This document shows, in pieces, positions 17,485 to 28,375 of a stretch of 60,134 bases of DNA; the stretch's first letter is position 1, and every line of letters begins with the position of its first letter. The notes below the pieces were generated by a model. The model was not told the origin of the DNA. It worked only from the letters and a program-made list of their open reading frames with translations, and searched no databases. Made by a program: the position numbers and the translations under genes. This stretch comes from a virus. Taxonomy: Duplodnaviria; Caudoviricetes. The stretch spans positions 1 to 60,134 of the IMG/VR virus record IMGVR_UViG_3300028025_004184; one strand, given 5' to 3'.

Positions 17485-17649
17485 GATAAACCCTCAACAA
17501 GCAAGGGAGAAACTCATTGAGGGTGTGTATTTTTTGAGGAAAGGGGGAGTAACCTCTTTTGTAGAATACCAATTATTTACAAACATGTCAATAAAATATA
17601 TTATATATAATTTCAAGTACTTAATTTAATAATGCACATTTACCTAAAA

Positions 17650-17659
17650 CACCCTTATA
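17650..17659 (+). promoter_or_regulatory. putative phage late promoter
   Basis: CACCCTTATATTACAG, also present at 28351. Confidence 0.65.
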
Positions 17660-17686
17660 TTACAGATACTTTCAAAGAGGAAGCTA

Positions 17687-18151
17687 ATGCCTAAAATATT
17701 AACCGTGGGAACTGAAGAGTTTGAATTTCCACTAGAAGGTGAAAATCCGGGATATGGGTCTGAAATTACGGATTGGGCTGAAGCTGTATCAACCGCACTT
17801 GCATCTGTAGAAAAACCAAATGATATCTCAACAACAACTAAAACTATAGGAAATTCTATTGGAACTTTTCCAATACCTAACTTCTCTTTTCCAACATCTG
17901 AAGTTATTGCTATTGATTGTAAGTACTTTGTTAAAAGAACTTCCAATGCCACTGCATACACTGAAGTTGGTTATATAGAAGGTTACTATGATGGCAACTG
18001 GGGTATTTCTATTAGAACTACTGGAGATGCTAAGATATTATTATCAATAGATTCTACAGGACAAATGAACTATACACTTACTGCAAGTGATATTTTATCT
18101 GGAACCTATACTGGTTCTATTACATTTGAAGCTAAAGTTATAAATAAGTAA
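17687..18151 (+). CDS. virion structural protein
   Basis: Beta-rich domain paralogous to the C-termini of 18168-19439 and 24465-28307. Confidence 0.65.
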   Translation: MPKILTVGTEEFEFPLEGENPGYGSEITDWAEAVSTALASVEKPNDISTTTKTIGNSIGTFPIPNFSFPTSEVIAIDCKYFVKRTSNATAYTEVGYIEGYYDGNWGISIRTTGDAKILLSIDSTGQMNYTLTASDILSGTYTGSITFEAKVINK

Positions 18152-18167
18152 TTAGGAGTTATAAGTC

Positions 18168-19439
18168 ATGTCAACTAAAAAAACCCGATTTATTAAAGGC
18201 ATAATTTTAGCCCCAGATAATGTCGCTTTAGATGGAGTTGAAGGTGAATTAAAAGTTGACACAAGTGGTAAGCTAAAAGCTACACTTGGCTCTGCAGAAA
18301 GAGAAATTGCAACTCTAGATCAATCCCAAACACTTGCTAATAAAACTCTCACCTCTCCAGTTATAAATACTGGGGTTAGTGGGACTGCTATCGACACTGA
18401 TTTAACATCTGTGTCTGCTTCCCATGATACGCTTCCATCTGCTAAGGCTGTTAAGGATTATGTTGATGCTCAGGTTGGCTCTAAAGATCAAGCTAATGAA
18501 ATTTTAACAAACCCTTCTATTAGTGGCACGGTAGGAGAATCTGTTCAAGATGTTTTAGAAGAGCATGAAGATAGATTAGACGATCTAGTAACTCTATCCG
18601 GAGTTGCAGCAAATGCTGAGAATCTCGGTACATTTACTGGAGCAACAATTCCAGATGATTCTACTGTAAAAGCTGCTTTACAGGCTATAGAAACGGCTCA
18701 CGAAGAAGTTGATCAAAATGTTAACGATCTTATCACGTTATCTGGTGTGGCTGAAAATGCTACAAGCTTAGGTACATTTACAGGCACAACTATTCCAGAT
18801 AGTTCTACAGTAAAAGGTGCTTTACAGTCAGTTGAAACAAGCTTTGAATCTCATACTTCTTCGAAAATTCAGCATGGAGTTACAAGCGATTTGGTTGGTA
18901 AAGACGATAACCAAACCTTAACAGAAAAAACAATAAATGCCGACAATAACACTATTTCCAATTTACAAGTTGGCAATTTAAAGGCTGGAGTTTTAGATAC
19001 TGACTTAACTTCTGTGTCTGCTCTTGATGATACATTACCATCTGCTAAGGCAGTTAAGACTTACGCAGATTCTTTAGTTCCAGCACATATATCTAATGAA
19101 GTATCCTTTACTCTTGTTAATAATCAACAATCTAGTGCAGCAAGCATTACAGGACTTGTTTTTAGCCCGTCTACTTATCGTAGTGCTAAAGTTGAGTATG
19201 CTATTTATAGACAAACAGATTCTGCTTCTACGGGAGTTGCTCAAGTTGGACAGTTAAGACTTGTGTATAATTCACAACAATCTACTTGGTTACTGTCTGA
19301 TGACTTCTCAGGTCAAAATTCTGGAATTGAGTTTAGTGTAACATCTCTTGGTCAAATTCAGTATAAGTCCTCAAATATATTGGGAGCAAACTATTCTGGA
19401 ACTTTAAAATATTCAATTAGAAAAACTTTTGGAATTTAA
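18168..19439 (+). CDS. fibre-like structural protein with internal repeats
   Basis: Duplicated DTDLTSVSA..DTLPSAKAVK and DL.TLSGVA.NA..LGTFTG.TIPD. Confidence 0.7.
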   Translation: MSTKKTRFIKGIILAPDNVALDGVEGELKVDTSGKLKATLGSAEREIATLDQSQTLANKTLTSPVINTGVSGTAIDTDLTSVSASHDTLPSAKAVKDYVDAQVGSKDQANEILTNPSISGTVGESVQDVLEEHEDRLDDLVTLSGVAANAENLGTFTGATIPDDSTVKAALQAIETAHEEVDQNVNDLITLSGVAENATSLGTFTGTTIPDSSTVKGALQSVETSFESHTSSKIQHGVTSDLVGKDDNQTLTEKTINADNNTISNLQVGNLKAGVLDTDLTSVSALDDTLPSAKAVKTYADSLVPAHISNEVSFTLVNNQQSSAASITGLVFSPSTYRSAKVEYAIYRQTDSASTGVAQVGQLRLVYNSQQSTWLLSDDFSGQNSGIEFSVTSLGQIQYKSSNILGANYSGTLKYSIRKTFGI

Positions 19440-19490
19440 TATAGCAATTTAAAATAATCATATAACTTATCTGGAAAATGGAAGGATAAA

Positions 19491-22400
19491 ATGTCAAATC
19501 AAAGCTTTAAAGTAAAATCTGGTCTTACCTTAACACCTGTAGACGTAACTACGCTAGTAAATCCACAAGCTGGAGATATTGCGTGTGATAGCAGTGACAA
19601 TAATAAAATTAAACGCTGGGATGGAGCTAGTTGGGTCCAAGTAGGATCTGGCGGAGTTGGCGGATTAGACTTTCTTTTCACACAAGACTTTGAAGAAGCA
19701 ACTCTATTAGACTTTACCCAAGTCGGCTTATCCTTAGATACTGTAGATAATTTGCACGGCAAAGTGTCTGCAAAATTAACGCATGATGCTAGTGTTAACC
19801 AGTATGTTAAGCAAGCTGTGGATGTAGATCCTAAGTTCCGTGGTAAAAATGCTACTGTCCAGTTAACAGTAAAATCAGCGGCATCTGCTGGTAATGTCGT
19901 CTTAAAAATTACTGACGAGACTGGCAGTACAGACCTTGTTGTATCAGAGCAATTACAATTATCAAATAATGCTGGCGGAGCATCTAGTTCTGTTAGCTTT
20001 GACATTCCAGAAACATGCCTAAGCCTTTCATATACAATTACTGCATTGCCAGAAGCTGGGTCTCCGGTTACTATTATCGATGATGTGTATTGTGCGCTAA
20101 CTGCCAGTAACATGTTTCAGAGTGGTGTGGTGCAAGAAGCGGATAGTTCAATTAGAGTGGACACTATTAATGGTTTTGGTAGTTCTAGTACGGCAATTAG
20201 AAGATTTTTAAATCAAATAGAGAGCACTGGGTCTGATATAGTATATGTGGATTCTCCAACAAAAGGGGCCTCTTTTACAGTACAGTCAGATGGTGTGTAC
20301 AGTATTTCTTATACTGATGCTACTAATAATGTTGGTGGTATTATTATTTTAAAAAATCCTACATATCCTGTAACAGGTACTTATACAGCTACGTTAGCTA
20401 GTTTTAAAAATAACGTACTAGCTAACTCTTTTAACAGCTATACCAACAACTCAGATACTAACATATCTTGGACAGGAGAATTAAGTGCTGGGGATGTTAT
20501 AGTTCCATTTTCTGATGGGGCTAATCCGGGTGTAGCTAATAGATCTAGATTTACAATAAGTAAGCAAGGCTCTTTAAAACAAGTAACTGTAAACTCTGAT
20601 CAAAAAATCACTATTCCAACTTCAGAATTAATGTTAGACACTAGTACTTCTAGAGGAACAGGATCAGAATCTTTTATTGTTCAATTTGAAAATATTTCAA
20701 AATTAAGGGGTGATGCTTTTGAAGTAAGTAATGCAAACGGTACTAGCATTACTGTTAAGAAGAATGGTATCTTAAATATAACTGCTTCTGTATATCGAGT
20801 AGCTTCTTCTGAACTATATCTTACTAAAAATCAAGCAACTAGAACTACATTTCCATTGGTATCAGAAATATTAGCAAATATTTCTAAAAGTGTCAATGAA
20901 GGTGGAGCAGACAGTATTTCTTGGAGTGGTAGCGTAGTTTCTGGAGATGTAATAAGATTGGCTGCCGATAGTGCACCATCTGCATCAGGTGCTAATATTA
21001 CATCATTTTTCAATCTTTATTTTCAAGAACAAGATATATCTGTTTCTGTAACCAATACTCTACCACAGTTTAGTGAAAGCGATAGTTCTATTAGAATGGA
21101 TACAGCTAATGGTTATGGATCTACTGCTACTAAAGTTAGAAGACTTAGTAATACGAGAGATAATCTTGGAACTGATATACAATACAATCCAAATAATGAT
21201 GAGGGTGTAAACGGTGCTAGTTTTAAAATATTAACTAGTGGTATTTATCATATAAGTTATAGTGAATCTTTACCTGCAGCCGCTGCAACCAATCCATTTG
21301 GTATTTCTAAGAATGCATCTTCTCTTATTACAAATATAACATCATTATCTTCTCCGGAAGTACTTATTATCTCTAATCCACAAAGTAGTGGTATTGCTAA
21401 TGGAACGGCAGTATCTTGGTCTGGGTATCTAATGGCAGATGATATAATTAGACCCCATACTAATGGTGGAGTTGCTTCAATCAATTCAAATGTAACTTTT
21501 ACAATTTCTAAAGTAGGTAAACCTAATGTAACTGGAGTAGATGTAACTCCGTTTGTTAACATACCACAGCCTGATACACAAAGCTCTTATTTATACACAA
21601 ATACATCTTTCTCATCTAGTAATCCTGTAACTGGTTCTTTAACTAGATCTGTAAGCTCTGGCATTTTTTCTTACAACTCATCTACAGGTACTTATACTGT
21701 TCTTAAGAAGGGCTTATTTAATTTAGCTTATAGCAACTCTGCTGTTGGAGCTAATATTACAGCTACAGTTATTATATTAGATGGTAATGCTGTTGCATAT
21801 AATAACACACAATCAACTGCTACAGCTAGTAATAGTTGCTCTTATACAGAGATACTACTTCCCGGTCAACAATTTTATTTCAGACCTTCTACTAATGCTG
21901 CAAATAATCACTCTATTTCTGTAACTGCAGAAGCTACTTCTGACCAAGTTCTCACACAGACTGAGACTTTTAGCACAGATACGGCAACTCTTGCATATAG
22001 CTCTAGCTATACACTATCTACGCTTCAGAATGCTCCAGTAGGGACTTATATTACGTTTACATATGCAGGAGGAAGTAATACAAGAACGCAGACAACCTTG
22101 AATAATAGACCTACTCAGACTGATGCTGAAATGAATGCAAATGGGATTTTACTATACACTAGAGGTTATACTTCACCTAGTACAGCGGCTCAACCAGTAG
22201 CGATTGCTATTCAAATTGGTAAAGGAATGAAAGGAAAAAGTTTAGATTTATATAAAAGTGCTGGTAAAACTACAACTGGTAGTTTAGATTTTATGAATAA
22301 TACGGCTTCTTCTAGAATTGGAATACAGCACAAAGAGTATAATGAATCAACTGGAATTATTATTATAGATGCAGGAGACACCTATTCTTCATCCTTTACT

Positions 22401-22937
22401 TCTTCTACTTTTGTATTTTCAGATCTCACAACGCAATCTTCTGGCTATCTCGTAATCAATGCAAGCAAGAACCCTGCGCTTACTGGAGTAAATTCTAACA
22501 TAGTAGCGGCTAGAGCATTGAGTACAACTGGAGTTGCAGTGTCTGGTGGAACTGACGCACTAGTAACAATTGGATCTTCTGATACAACCATACTTAGCAA
22601 TATGTCTATAAATTCTGGTAATAGCTCATTTATTATTCCTGAAACTGGCATATACTCTGCAAAGGCAGCGATTCAATTTATCTCTGCGAGTTCTGCAGCA
22701 GCTGCAATTTTTTCTATTAAAGTATATAAAAATGGAGCATATCACTCTACTATTGCTAGTAAGACTATAGACGCTACTGTTACTGCAAAACAAGGTTTAC
22801 AAGGCTGCGATGAAATTAGATGTCAAAAAGGCGATTATCTCCAGTTTTATGTAAACAAGTCAGCTGGTACTGGTAGTACTTCTACTACATCAGGTGAGTG
22901 CTTCTTAAGTGTCCTTAAATTAGGTGGAGTAAATTAA
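19491..22937 (+). CDS. tail fibre / receptor-binding protein
   Basis: Ser/Thr/Gly-rich; repeated DSSIR.DT.NG.GS..T..RR modules; C1q-like C-terminal pattern. Confidence 0.7.
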   Translation: MSNQSFKVKSGLTLTPVDVTTLVNPQAGDIACDSSDNNKIKRWDGASWVQVGSGGVGGLDFLFTQDFEEATLLDFTQVGLSLDTVDNLHGKVSAKLTHDASVNQYVKQAVDVDPKFRGKNATVQLTVKSAASAGNVVLKITDETGSTDLVVSEQLQLSNNAGGASSSVSFDIPETCLSLSYTITALPEAGSPVTIIDDVYCALTASNMFQSGVVQEADSSIRVDTINGFGSSSTAIRRFLNQIESTGSDIVYVDSPTKGASFTVQSDGVYSISYTDATNNVGGIIILKNPTYPVTGTYTATLASFKNNVLANSFNSYTNNSDTNISWTGELSAGDVIVPFSDGANPGVANRSRFTISKQGSLKQVTVNSDQKITIPTSELMLDTSTSRGTGSESFIVQFENISKLRGDAFEVSNANGTSITVKKNGILNITASVYRVASSELYLTKNQATRTTFPLVSEILANISKSVNEGGADSISWSGSVVSGDVIRLAADSAPSASGANITSFFNLYFQEQDISVSVTNTLPQFSESDSSIRMDTANGYGSTATKVRRLSNTRDNLGTDIQYNPNNDEGVNGASFKILTSGIYHISYSESLPAAAATNPFGISKNASSLITNITSLSSPEVLIISNPQSSGIANGTAVSWSGYLMADDIIRPHTNGGVASINSNVTFTISKVGKPNVTGVDVTPFVNIPQPDTQSSYLYTNTSFSSSNPVTGSLTRSVSSGIFSYNSSTGTYTVLKKGLFNLAYSNSAVGANITATVIILDGNAVAYNNTQSTATASNSCSYTEILLPGQQFYFRPSTNAANNHSISVTAEATSDQVLTQTETFSTDTATLAYSSSYTLSTLQNAPVGTYITFTYAGGSNTRTQTTLNNRPTQTDAEMNANGILLYTRGYTSPSTAAQPVAIAIQIGKGMKGKSLDLYKSAGKTTTGSLDFMNNTASSRIGIQHKEYNESTGIIIIDAGDTYSSSFTSSTFVFSDLTTQSSGYLVINASKNPALTGVNSNIVAARALSTTGVAVSGGTDALVTIGSSDTTILSNMSINSGNSSFIIPETGIYSAKAAIQFISASSAAAAIFSIKVYKNGAYHSTIASKTIDATVTAKQGLQGCDEIRCQKGDYLQFYVNKSAGTGSTSTTSGECFLSVLKLGGVN

Positions 22938-22939
22938 TT

Positions 22940-23347
22940 ATGATACATGTATTAATAAAAAAACAAGATCAAGTTACTAACATGGGCTTATTCCAATCAA
23001 TGGAGGAGGCTCAGTCTTGGCTTGATAAGCATGAAAAGTCTGGAACATTTGGACAAAAAGCTCAGCAAATAGAGCAGCAGGTAGAGATCTCTCCAGCTGT
23101 TATAGATGAGGAAGGTAATGAAATTTCTCCTGCTGTAACTGAAATGCAACTTGTAGACATTCAAGGTTATGTTGCAGAAGTTCAGGACATTTCTGAAAAA
23201 ATTAGTCAAGAGAAAATTAATGAAGAATCTCTTAAGCTACTAGCTGATACTGACTGGATGATTATTAGAGAGTTAGACTGCGGAATTGCTTGTCCAGCGG
23301 AGATTAAACAGGCTAGAGCAGAAGCTCGTGCCAAGATTGTAAGATAA
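22940..23347 (+). CDS. tail fibre assembly-type protein
   Basis: LADTDWMIIRE...ARAEARAKI, located after a fibre gene. Confidence 0.6.
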   Translation: MIHVLIKKQDQVTNMGLFQSMEEAQSWLDKHEKSGTFGQKAQQIEQQVEISPAVIDEEGNEISPAVTEMQLVDIQGYVAEVQDISEKISQEKINEESLKLLADTDWMIIRELDCGIACPAEIKQARAEARAKIVR

Positions 23348-23832
23348 TGTACAGGCTCATTGTTAAAAAAGATAATGATGAGCAAGTGCATGAGTTTGAA
23401 AGTGCTGAGTTAGCACAGTTATACAGAGATTATCATTTAGCTTTTGGACAATGGAATGGTATAGTAAAATGGGTTGAAGAGGCTCATCTTACGGAAGAAC
23501 AAAAGATATTTATAATAGATGAAAAAACAGAACTTATAAATGGAAATATTGTAAGATTCTATAAGTTATCTGAGGGATTAGAACTAAAAATAGAAGAAGC
23601 TGACATAGGGTCTCTAAAGCAAGTTTGGAACATATTTAGAGATAAAAGAAATAAGCTACTTTTATTTACGGACTGGACGCAGTTAGCTGATTGTCCACTG
23701 AGTATGGAAGACAGAAAAGACTATAGAAACTATAGGTCTTATTTAAGAGTGCTTCCATCCCTGCATAATGACGATTCTGTTCTTTATGCAAAAGTTTATG
23801 GATTTGATGACTGGAAAAGAGGGAAGAGATAG
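23347..23832 (+). CDS. tail fibre assembly chaperone
   Basis: RDKRNKLL..TDWTQLADCPL...YRSYLRVLP. Confidence 0.75.
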   Translation: MYRLIVKKDNDEQVHEFESAELAQLYRDYHLAFGQWNGIVKWVEEAHLTEEQKIFIIDEKTELINGNIVRFYKLSEGLELKIEEADIGSLKQVWNIFRDKRNKLLLFTDWTQLADCPLSMEDRKDYRNYRSYLRVLPSLHNDDSVLYAKVYGFDDWKRGKR

Positions 23833-24104
23833 TGGATAAGATTAAGCAACTTCAAGATAAACTAACTGAATGGTGCGTTAAAAAAGGAATCCCTGTCCCA
23901 ATTCTTAGAGATGCTGTTAGTCAAAAACCGTCTGCATCTTTCACATTACTGGTAGTATCTTCTGGTATTGTTATATTTGGCTTACTAAATAAAATGGCCA
24001 AACTGGTAGACGGTGTGGATATTGACAATGCGTTACAATTTTTTTATGCATGCGCAGGATTATATTTTGGTAGAAAATTAACTTCAGATAAAAAAGAGGA
24101 ATAG
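23832..24104 (+). CDS. holin-like membrane protein
   Basis: Two hydrophobic segments, GLYFGRK, charged C-terminus. Confidence 0.5.
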   Translation: MDKIKQLQDKLTEWCVKKGIPVPILRDAVSQKPSASFTLLVVSSGIVIFGLLNKMAKLVDGVDIDNALQFFYACAGLYFGRKLTSDKKEE

Positions 24105-24105
24105 T

Positions 24106-24462
24106 ATGGGAGCTGTTTTAGATATTATACGACAGAAAGAAATTTTAGAGCAGTCAGAGCCAATTAATATGGACTGGACTTCTCCTTCTTTTTCTCTTGA
24201 TGACAGGGAAGATGAGTTTTCTATAAATGTTTTTTATGAAAATGGTGTAGCATTTAGTGGCCAACTAGTGCTGCAAGTATCTGCAGATAACATTAACTTT
24301 GCGGATATTAGTGAATCTATCCAAAGCGTTACAGACTCTTCAGGTTTCCACATGTGGGATATTGCGGGATCTGGAGCGTTATACGCTAGAGTGAAAGTGG
24401 TAGTTAGTGGCGGATCAGTTGATATTACTAGAATTTTCTACGCTGGAAAACAAAGGCATTAA
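24106..24462 (+). CDS. virion structural protein
   Basis: LQVSADNINF...YARV beta-sandwich-like pattern. Confidence 0.55.
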   Translation: MGAVLDIIRQKEILEQSEPINMDWTSPSFSLDDREDEFSINVFYENGVAFSGQLVLQVSADNINFADISESIQSVTDSSGFHMWDIAGSGALYARVKVVVSGGSVDITRIFYAGKQRH

Positions 24463-24464
24463 TC

Positions 24465-27400
24465 ATGGCAAATACAGTTATACGATTAGGTTATATAAGC
24501 ATATCAACAGGATCTGGAGCTGGATTTGAGGAGTATGCATCATTAAGTGCGTTTCCATTAATTGGACAGAGTGAGGTTATTTACGTAGCTTTAGATACTA
24601 ATAAGACTTACAGATGGTCTGGAACTGTATATGTGGAGATCTCTCCTTCGGAAGTAATTTCTGTTAATGGTGAAGTCGGAGCTGTAGAGCTAGATAAAAC
24701 TGATATTGGTCTTGGCAATGTAGATAATACTTCTGACGCAGATAAGCCAATTAGTACAGCAACTCAAGCCGAGTTAGACTTAATCACTGATGTAAATTGG
24801 ACTGGCGATTATGATAATGGAGTAACCTACACTGTTGGTGATGGCGTAATGTTCAATGGTGCTTCGTTCAGAATGATCGTATCAATTGGAGCAGCAGGTT
24901 ATAATCCAGCAGCTTACCCAGCAAATTGGCTTCAAGTTACAGATTACCTTTCAGCTAACGATATCGGTTTAGAAAATGTAGATAATACATCAGATGCGGA
25001 CAAGCCTATAAGCGACGCTACGCAAACTGCTCTAGATGGTAAAGTTGATGTAGTTGGCGATACCATGACTGGAGATTTAATTATAGATAATGGATTTGGA
25101 GGAACTCATACTGTATCTGCTGAAGGTAGTTACATAGCAACTGCAGATGTTACATCTGAATATACTAGACTTGGATACTTTACAAATCTTGCTCCAGTTG
25201 GATCTACTTTTCAAAAATATAGCGATGGTGGTATAGGATATTTGAATTTAGGGGAGTCTGATTACTCTACGGGTCTTCAAAAAACTATTGATATACAGTT
25301 AACTGGTATCGAGATGACGCAGACTCCAGATGGGTCTCCTGCAACTCCAATTATGCCAATAAATCCGGGTCATGTAACAGTTAAGAAATACGTAGATGAA
25401 CAAGACGCTTTAAAAGAAGATCTTGCAAATAAATCTACAGATGGAACTTTAGCTTCTGATTCTGATACTCTTTATCCTTCCCAGAAAGCTGTGAAGACAT
25501 ACGCAGACTCAGTAGCATCTCAGATTCAATCAAGCCTTGATGCATCTACTTATTATCATGAGCTTCATGTTAATTATGACTATACTGGAGCAACCTCTGA
25601 TGGATCTCCTTATAAACCATTTAAAACAACTCAAGCTGCTGTAAATGCAGCGCAGTTACAAAATATTGGCGGTAATACTGCAATTCTAATTCATTTAAAA
25701 AATGATCTTACTATGGTAGAGAATATCGTAGTTAATAATGCAGTGTCAAATTTATACATTATGCCAGCTGTTAGAAATAACACTTCATCTGGTCCTTTTA
25801 AAATTATCGGTAGCTTAACAATTAGCGGATCTCAAACTAATAGAGTTAGAGTTCAGGATATTGAATTTGCTCCAACTTCTGGGTATGCGTTAACGATTAA
25901 CGATACAAATGGAAGGCACTTATTTGAGAATTGTGCATTTGTAAATGGATCTCTTCCGGGACAAGCGGGAACTGGTGTAACTTTAATTAGTACTTATAAG
26001 AACTTTATTGAATTTGTAGACTGTACTATAGAAGGTGTTTTTAACATTGATGGAACTCCTTCGGCAGGAACAACTGTAACAATGTATAGGTGTAAACTTA
26101 CTTATGCGAATGTTATTGTAAATAGCGCAAACGTATCGGTTGGAATGTATGATACTTATGGATTGTATGGACTTACTCACACAGCTGGTGCACTAGCTAT
26201 TACTGGATTGTGGGGAGCTATTGGCTTTTTTAACTCTACAGCAAATGTATCTGCCACTAACTTTATAAGTTTATCCAATGTATCTCTTCAAAAATATGAT
26301 CTAAGTTTTGTTCCTTTAAATAAAACAGGAACTTGCTTTTATCAATTAATGAACGTACATCGTGGAGAAACAGCCGATGTATTAAATGGAACTAGAACAG
26401 TTTATGGCCCAACAGCTACAGACGCTGGTTATAAAATGGGCGTATCGGGTAATTGGTCTCCAGCTGTATCCAATGTGGCTGGTGCGTTAGATCAACTTGC
26501 TGCTAATAAAATATCATCATCTGAGAAAGGTGCTGCTAATGGCGTAGCTCCATTAAATGGCTCTTCTAAAATTGACGCTACTTACTTGCCAAGTTACGTA
26601 GATGACGTTGTAGAAGTTGCTAACTATGCTGCACTTCCCGGAACAGGTGAAACTGGAAAAATTTACATTACATTAGATACAAATCTATGCTATAGATGGT
26701 CTGGATCAGTGTATGTAGAAGTATCTCCTGCACCAGTTACATCAGTTAATGGAAAAACAAACGCTGTAACTCTAAATGCTGTTGATATACCATTTTCTCC
26801 AACTTTAACAATATTCTCTGATGATGTTCAAGCTGCGATTGAAGAAGTGCAGACTAATGCTATGGCTAGTACTGCGGCTATTTTTGAAGACACAAAAGAG
26901 CCTACAGGATTTGTTAATAGAGCTGAGTCTACTACATCATTCTCAGATTTAGATAGAAAGTTTACAATTACTCCAGTCTCCCCTTCTTTTAGCTTTTATA
27001 TTAAAGGTGAGAAATTTACTAAAACTGTGGCGCAAGAACTAACTATTCCTAATCTTGCTGGAAATCATTATATTTATTTTAACGCTGCTGGAGAACTAGA
27101 ATCTACTCAAGTTTTTAGTAGTGATATAATTGAAAGTTACGCTTTTGTGTCAATTATTTACTGGAATACAGATACAAATACGCACGTATATTATGCTGAA
27201 GAAAGACATGGCATAACTATGGATGGTGCGACACATTCATACCTACATACTACTTTTGGATCTAGATATCTATCAGGACTTGCTTTACAAAACTTCACAG
27301 CTGATGGTAACGGAAGTTTAGACGCTCATGCTCAGTTTACTGCAGATGAAGGATCTATAAGAGATGAAGATATTCTACTTTCTAGTGTTGCTCAAACTGA

Positions 27401-28307
27401 AATTCCTATATTATTCAGACAAGGGCAGCTTTGGAGAAAGAAAACTGCTGATGCATTTCCAGTTATCTATAGCGGGACTGCTGGATATACAGGTGCAAGT
27501 GGAAGACTTCCATATAATCAGTATATCGCAGGTGCTTGGCAGTTAACAGAAGTAGCTACAGCTAATTATGTCTTAGTTCATTTTTTTGCAACTAATGATA
27601 AAGAAAATCCAATAGTTGGTATTCAGGGTATTGCTGAATATAATAATGCTCCTCAAGCAAAAGCAGCTGCCAGTTCAGAAATTACAAGCTTAACTGGCTT
27701 ACCTTTTGCTGAATTTGTTGCAATTGGTACTGTTCTATTCCAAACTAACTCATATACAAATACTCCAGATGCTCGTGTTATAAGTGTAAATGGTGGGAGT
27801 TATATTGATTTTAGAGGAACGCAGCTTTATACGCCAGCTGGTACTGCCACTACACACAGCTTATTATCTGGGTTAACTAACGATGATCATATCCAATATC
27901 ATACAGATGCTAGAGGAGATATTAGATACTATACTAAATCTCAGGTAGATAGTCTTATATCTGGGGTATCTTCTCCGGGAGATATTGATGAGACATCTTT
28001 CAGCATATCCAACTCTCAAGCATTGCCTGATGGCATCCATAATTTAACCTTCTCAAACGCTGTAGTAAGATCTTTTGAAGTGTTAGCTTCTGTAGAAATT
28101 AATGCAACTGCGCCATTATTTGAAGTGTTTAAAATTCAAGGTGTGCAAAAAGGCTCAGAATGGGATATATCTGTTAGTAGCTCTGGAGATGTGTCCGGTG
28201 TACAATTTAGCATAAACTCATCTGGTCAGATGCAATATACTTCGGAAAACTACACTGGTTTTGTATCTGGTACGATTAAATTCAGGGCCTTAACTACTTC
28301 TGTGTAA
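24465..28307 (+). CDS. mosaic tail fibre protein
   Basis: GL.NVDNTSDADKPIS twice, G.IY..LDTN..YRWSG.VYVE twice, central beta-helix-like region, DDHIQY. Confidence 0.75.
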   Translation: MANTVIRLGYISISTGSGAGFEEYASLSAFPLIGQSEVIYVALDTNKTYRWSGTVYVEISPSEVISVNGEVGAVELDKTDIGLGNVDNTSDADKPISTATQAELDLITDVNWTGDYDNGVTYTVGDGVMFNGASFRMIVSIGAAGYNPAAYPANWLQVTDYLSANDIGLENVDNTSDADKPISDATQTALDGKVDVVGDTMTGDLIIDNGFGGTHTVSAEGSYIATADVTSEYTRLGYFTNLAPVGSTFQKYSDGGIGYLNLGESDYSTGLQKTIDIQLTGIEMTQTPDGSPATPIMPINPGHVTVKKYVDEQDALKEDLANKSTDGTLASDSDTLYPSQKAVKTYADSVASQIQSSLDASTYYHELHVNYDYTGATSDGSPYKPFKTTQAAVNAAQLQNIGGNTAILIHLKNDLTMVENIVVNNAVSNLYIMPAVRNNTSSGPFKIIGSLTISGSQTNRVRVQDIEFAPTSGYALTINDTNGRHLFENCAFVNGSLPGQAGTGVTLISTYKNFIEFVDCTIEGVFNIDGTPSAGTTVTMYRCKLTYANVIVNSANVSVGMYDTYGLYGLTHTAGALAITGLWGAIGFFNSTANVSATNFISLSNVSLQKYDLSFVPLNKTGTCFYQLMNVHRGETADVLNGTRTVYGPTATDAGYKMGVSGNWSPAVSNVAGALDQLAANKISSSEKGAANGVAPLNGSSKIDATYLPSYVDDVVEVANYAALPGTGETGKIYITLDTNLCYRWSGSVYVEVSPAPVTSVNGKTNAVTLNAVDIPFSPTLTIFSDDVQAAIEEVQTNAMASTAAIFEDTKEPTGFVNRAESTTSFSDLDRKFTITPVSPSFSFYIKGEKFTKTVAQELTIPNLAGNHYIYFNAAGELESTQVFSSDIIESYAFVSIIYWNTDTNTHVYYAEERHGITMDGATHSYLHTTFGSRYLSGLALQNFTADGNGSLDAHAQFTADEGSIRDEDILLSSVAQTEIPILFRQGQLWRKKTADAFPVIYSGTAGYTGASGRLPYNQYIAGAWQLTEVATANYVLVHFFATNDKENPIVGIQGIAEYNNAPQAKAAASSEITSLTGLPFAEFVAIGTVLFQTNSYTNTPDARVISVNGGSYIDFRGTQLYTPAGTATTHSLLSGLTNDDHIQYHTDARGDIRYYTKSQVDSLISGVSSPGDIDETSFSISNSQALPDGIHNLTFSNAVVRSFEVLASVEINATAPLFEVFKIQGVQKGSEWDISVSSSGDVSGVQFSINSSGQMQYTSENYTGFVSGTIKFRALTTSV

Positions 28308-28350
28308 ACTACTTTAAGTGATTTTAAGTAGTTATAAATACTAGGATTAA

Positions 28351-28360
28351 CACCCTTATA
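28351..28360 (+). promoter_or_regulatory. putative phage late promoter
   Basis: CACCCTTATA, intergenic. Confidence 0.65.
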
Positions 28361-28375
28361 TTACAGAGGTTTTTA

